This document shows, piece after piece, positions 59,320 through 59,881 of a stretch of 59,881 nt of DNA (positions are counted from its first letter, which is position 1; the number at the start of each line of letters is the position of its first letter). The notes below the pieces were generated by a model. It searched no databases. It was not told the origin of the DNA and saw nothing but the letters and a program-made list of their open reading frames with translations. The DNA lies in IMG/VR virus record IMGVR_UViG_3300020020_000032, positions 1 to 59,881 of that record. One strand, written 5' to 3'. Origin of the DNA: a virus. Taxonomy: Duplodnaviria; Caudoviricetes. Made by a program: the position numbers and the translations under genes.

Positions 59320-59659
59320 TTTGGAGACTCCTTAGCAGTTCCTTAATGGGATCACCATCTGCTCGGCCTTCTGCCAAAGCTGCCTCAACCACGTACTTTG
59401 CGGCATTCAGTTTAGTTGACTCTTTGCTGGCATTTCCTGCAAGCCACACGATTTGTGCAGCAGCCATGTGAATGTTCTTTTTGAAGAAGTCCCGCGTGTA
59501 TTCCTCGATATTCTCGGGAGCTACTTCGGTCTTGGTTTCATACTCTTGCTGCAACGCCAGAGAATACTGGTTCAACTTCTCCTGCAAGCTTTCATCCGTA
59601 AGTTCGCCATTCTCCGCTTGCGCGTTCAACTCGTCAAAATTCAAATCGTCGGTAGCCAT
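59294..59659 (-). CDS. terS: putative terminase small subunit
   Basis: Helical 121-aa ORF directly upstream of terL. Confidence 0.55.
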   Translation of the reverse strand: MATDDLNFDELNAQAENGELTDESLQEKLNQYSLALQQEYETKTEVAPENIEEYTRDFFKKNIHMAAAQIVWLAGNASKESTKLNAAKYVVEAALAEGRADGDPIKELLRSLQNSPSKTTG

Positions 59660-59881
59660 AGTAACCCCCTTCCGGGTTGGTGCGGGAATTGTAGCAACGT
59701 TACTCAGTCGTCACCCTTAAATCACATCTAACAATATTCCAAAAACTATTTTTCGCTTCGCAGTTACTGAGTGATATCCATCCGCTTCGTTGCGTTTGAG
59801 ACATACAATCCTTTACATATTCTTTACACGGTGAGCGGGCATCGCTGTCATACTTAGACTACAGCGACAGAGAGAGGATTA

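Noticed and set aside
1-59881. Integrase/lysogeny module, introns or inteins, stop-codon reassignment, terminal repeats
   Set aside because: No recombinase or intein motifs seen; core genes are continuous in the standard code; the window ends do not visibly match, so completeness is unproven

Overview
The window is most or all of a tailed dsDNA phage genome with two convergent arms that meet at a hairpin at about 30.7 kb. The + strand (1-30.7 kb) carries many tiny early ORFs and four look-alike sigma70-type promoters. It also carries a SprT-like protease, an SNF2-type helicase, a Cas4/RecB-like nuclease, a Sak4-like ATPase, an SSB-like protein, a primase-helicase, MazG, a dNMP kinase, a UDG-domain/PolA fusion, a RuvC-like resolvase and a secreted Rpf-like muramidase. 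The - strand (30.7-59.7 kb) carries terminase, Mu-like portal and protease, capsid, a contractile tail (sheath, tube, frameshifted chaperone, tape measure, baseplate), a CHAP endolysin cassette and a block of tail appendage genes. I saw no integrase, tRNA or CRISPR array. The host is inferred to be an actinobacterium, possibly Thermoleophilia/Gaiellales. The best novelty candidates are: (1) an unrecognised ~600-nt highly structured RNA with its own promoter directly upstream of the Cas4-like nuclease; (2) tail appendage proteins and unannotated micro-ORFs that share short terminal peptide tags, suggesting a plug-and-socket assembly code; (3) two genes broken by insertions that are exact reverse complements of nearby sequence, which may be biology or a library/assembly artefact; (4) a PolA with altered conserved residues fused to a degenerate UDG domain. 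All calls come from reading motifs by eye; no database searches or folding programs were run.
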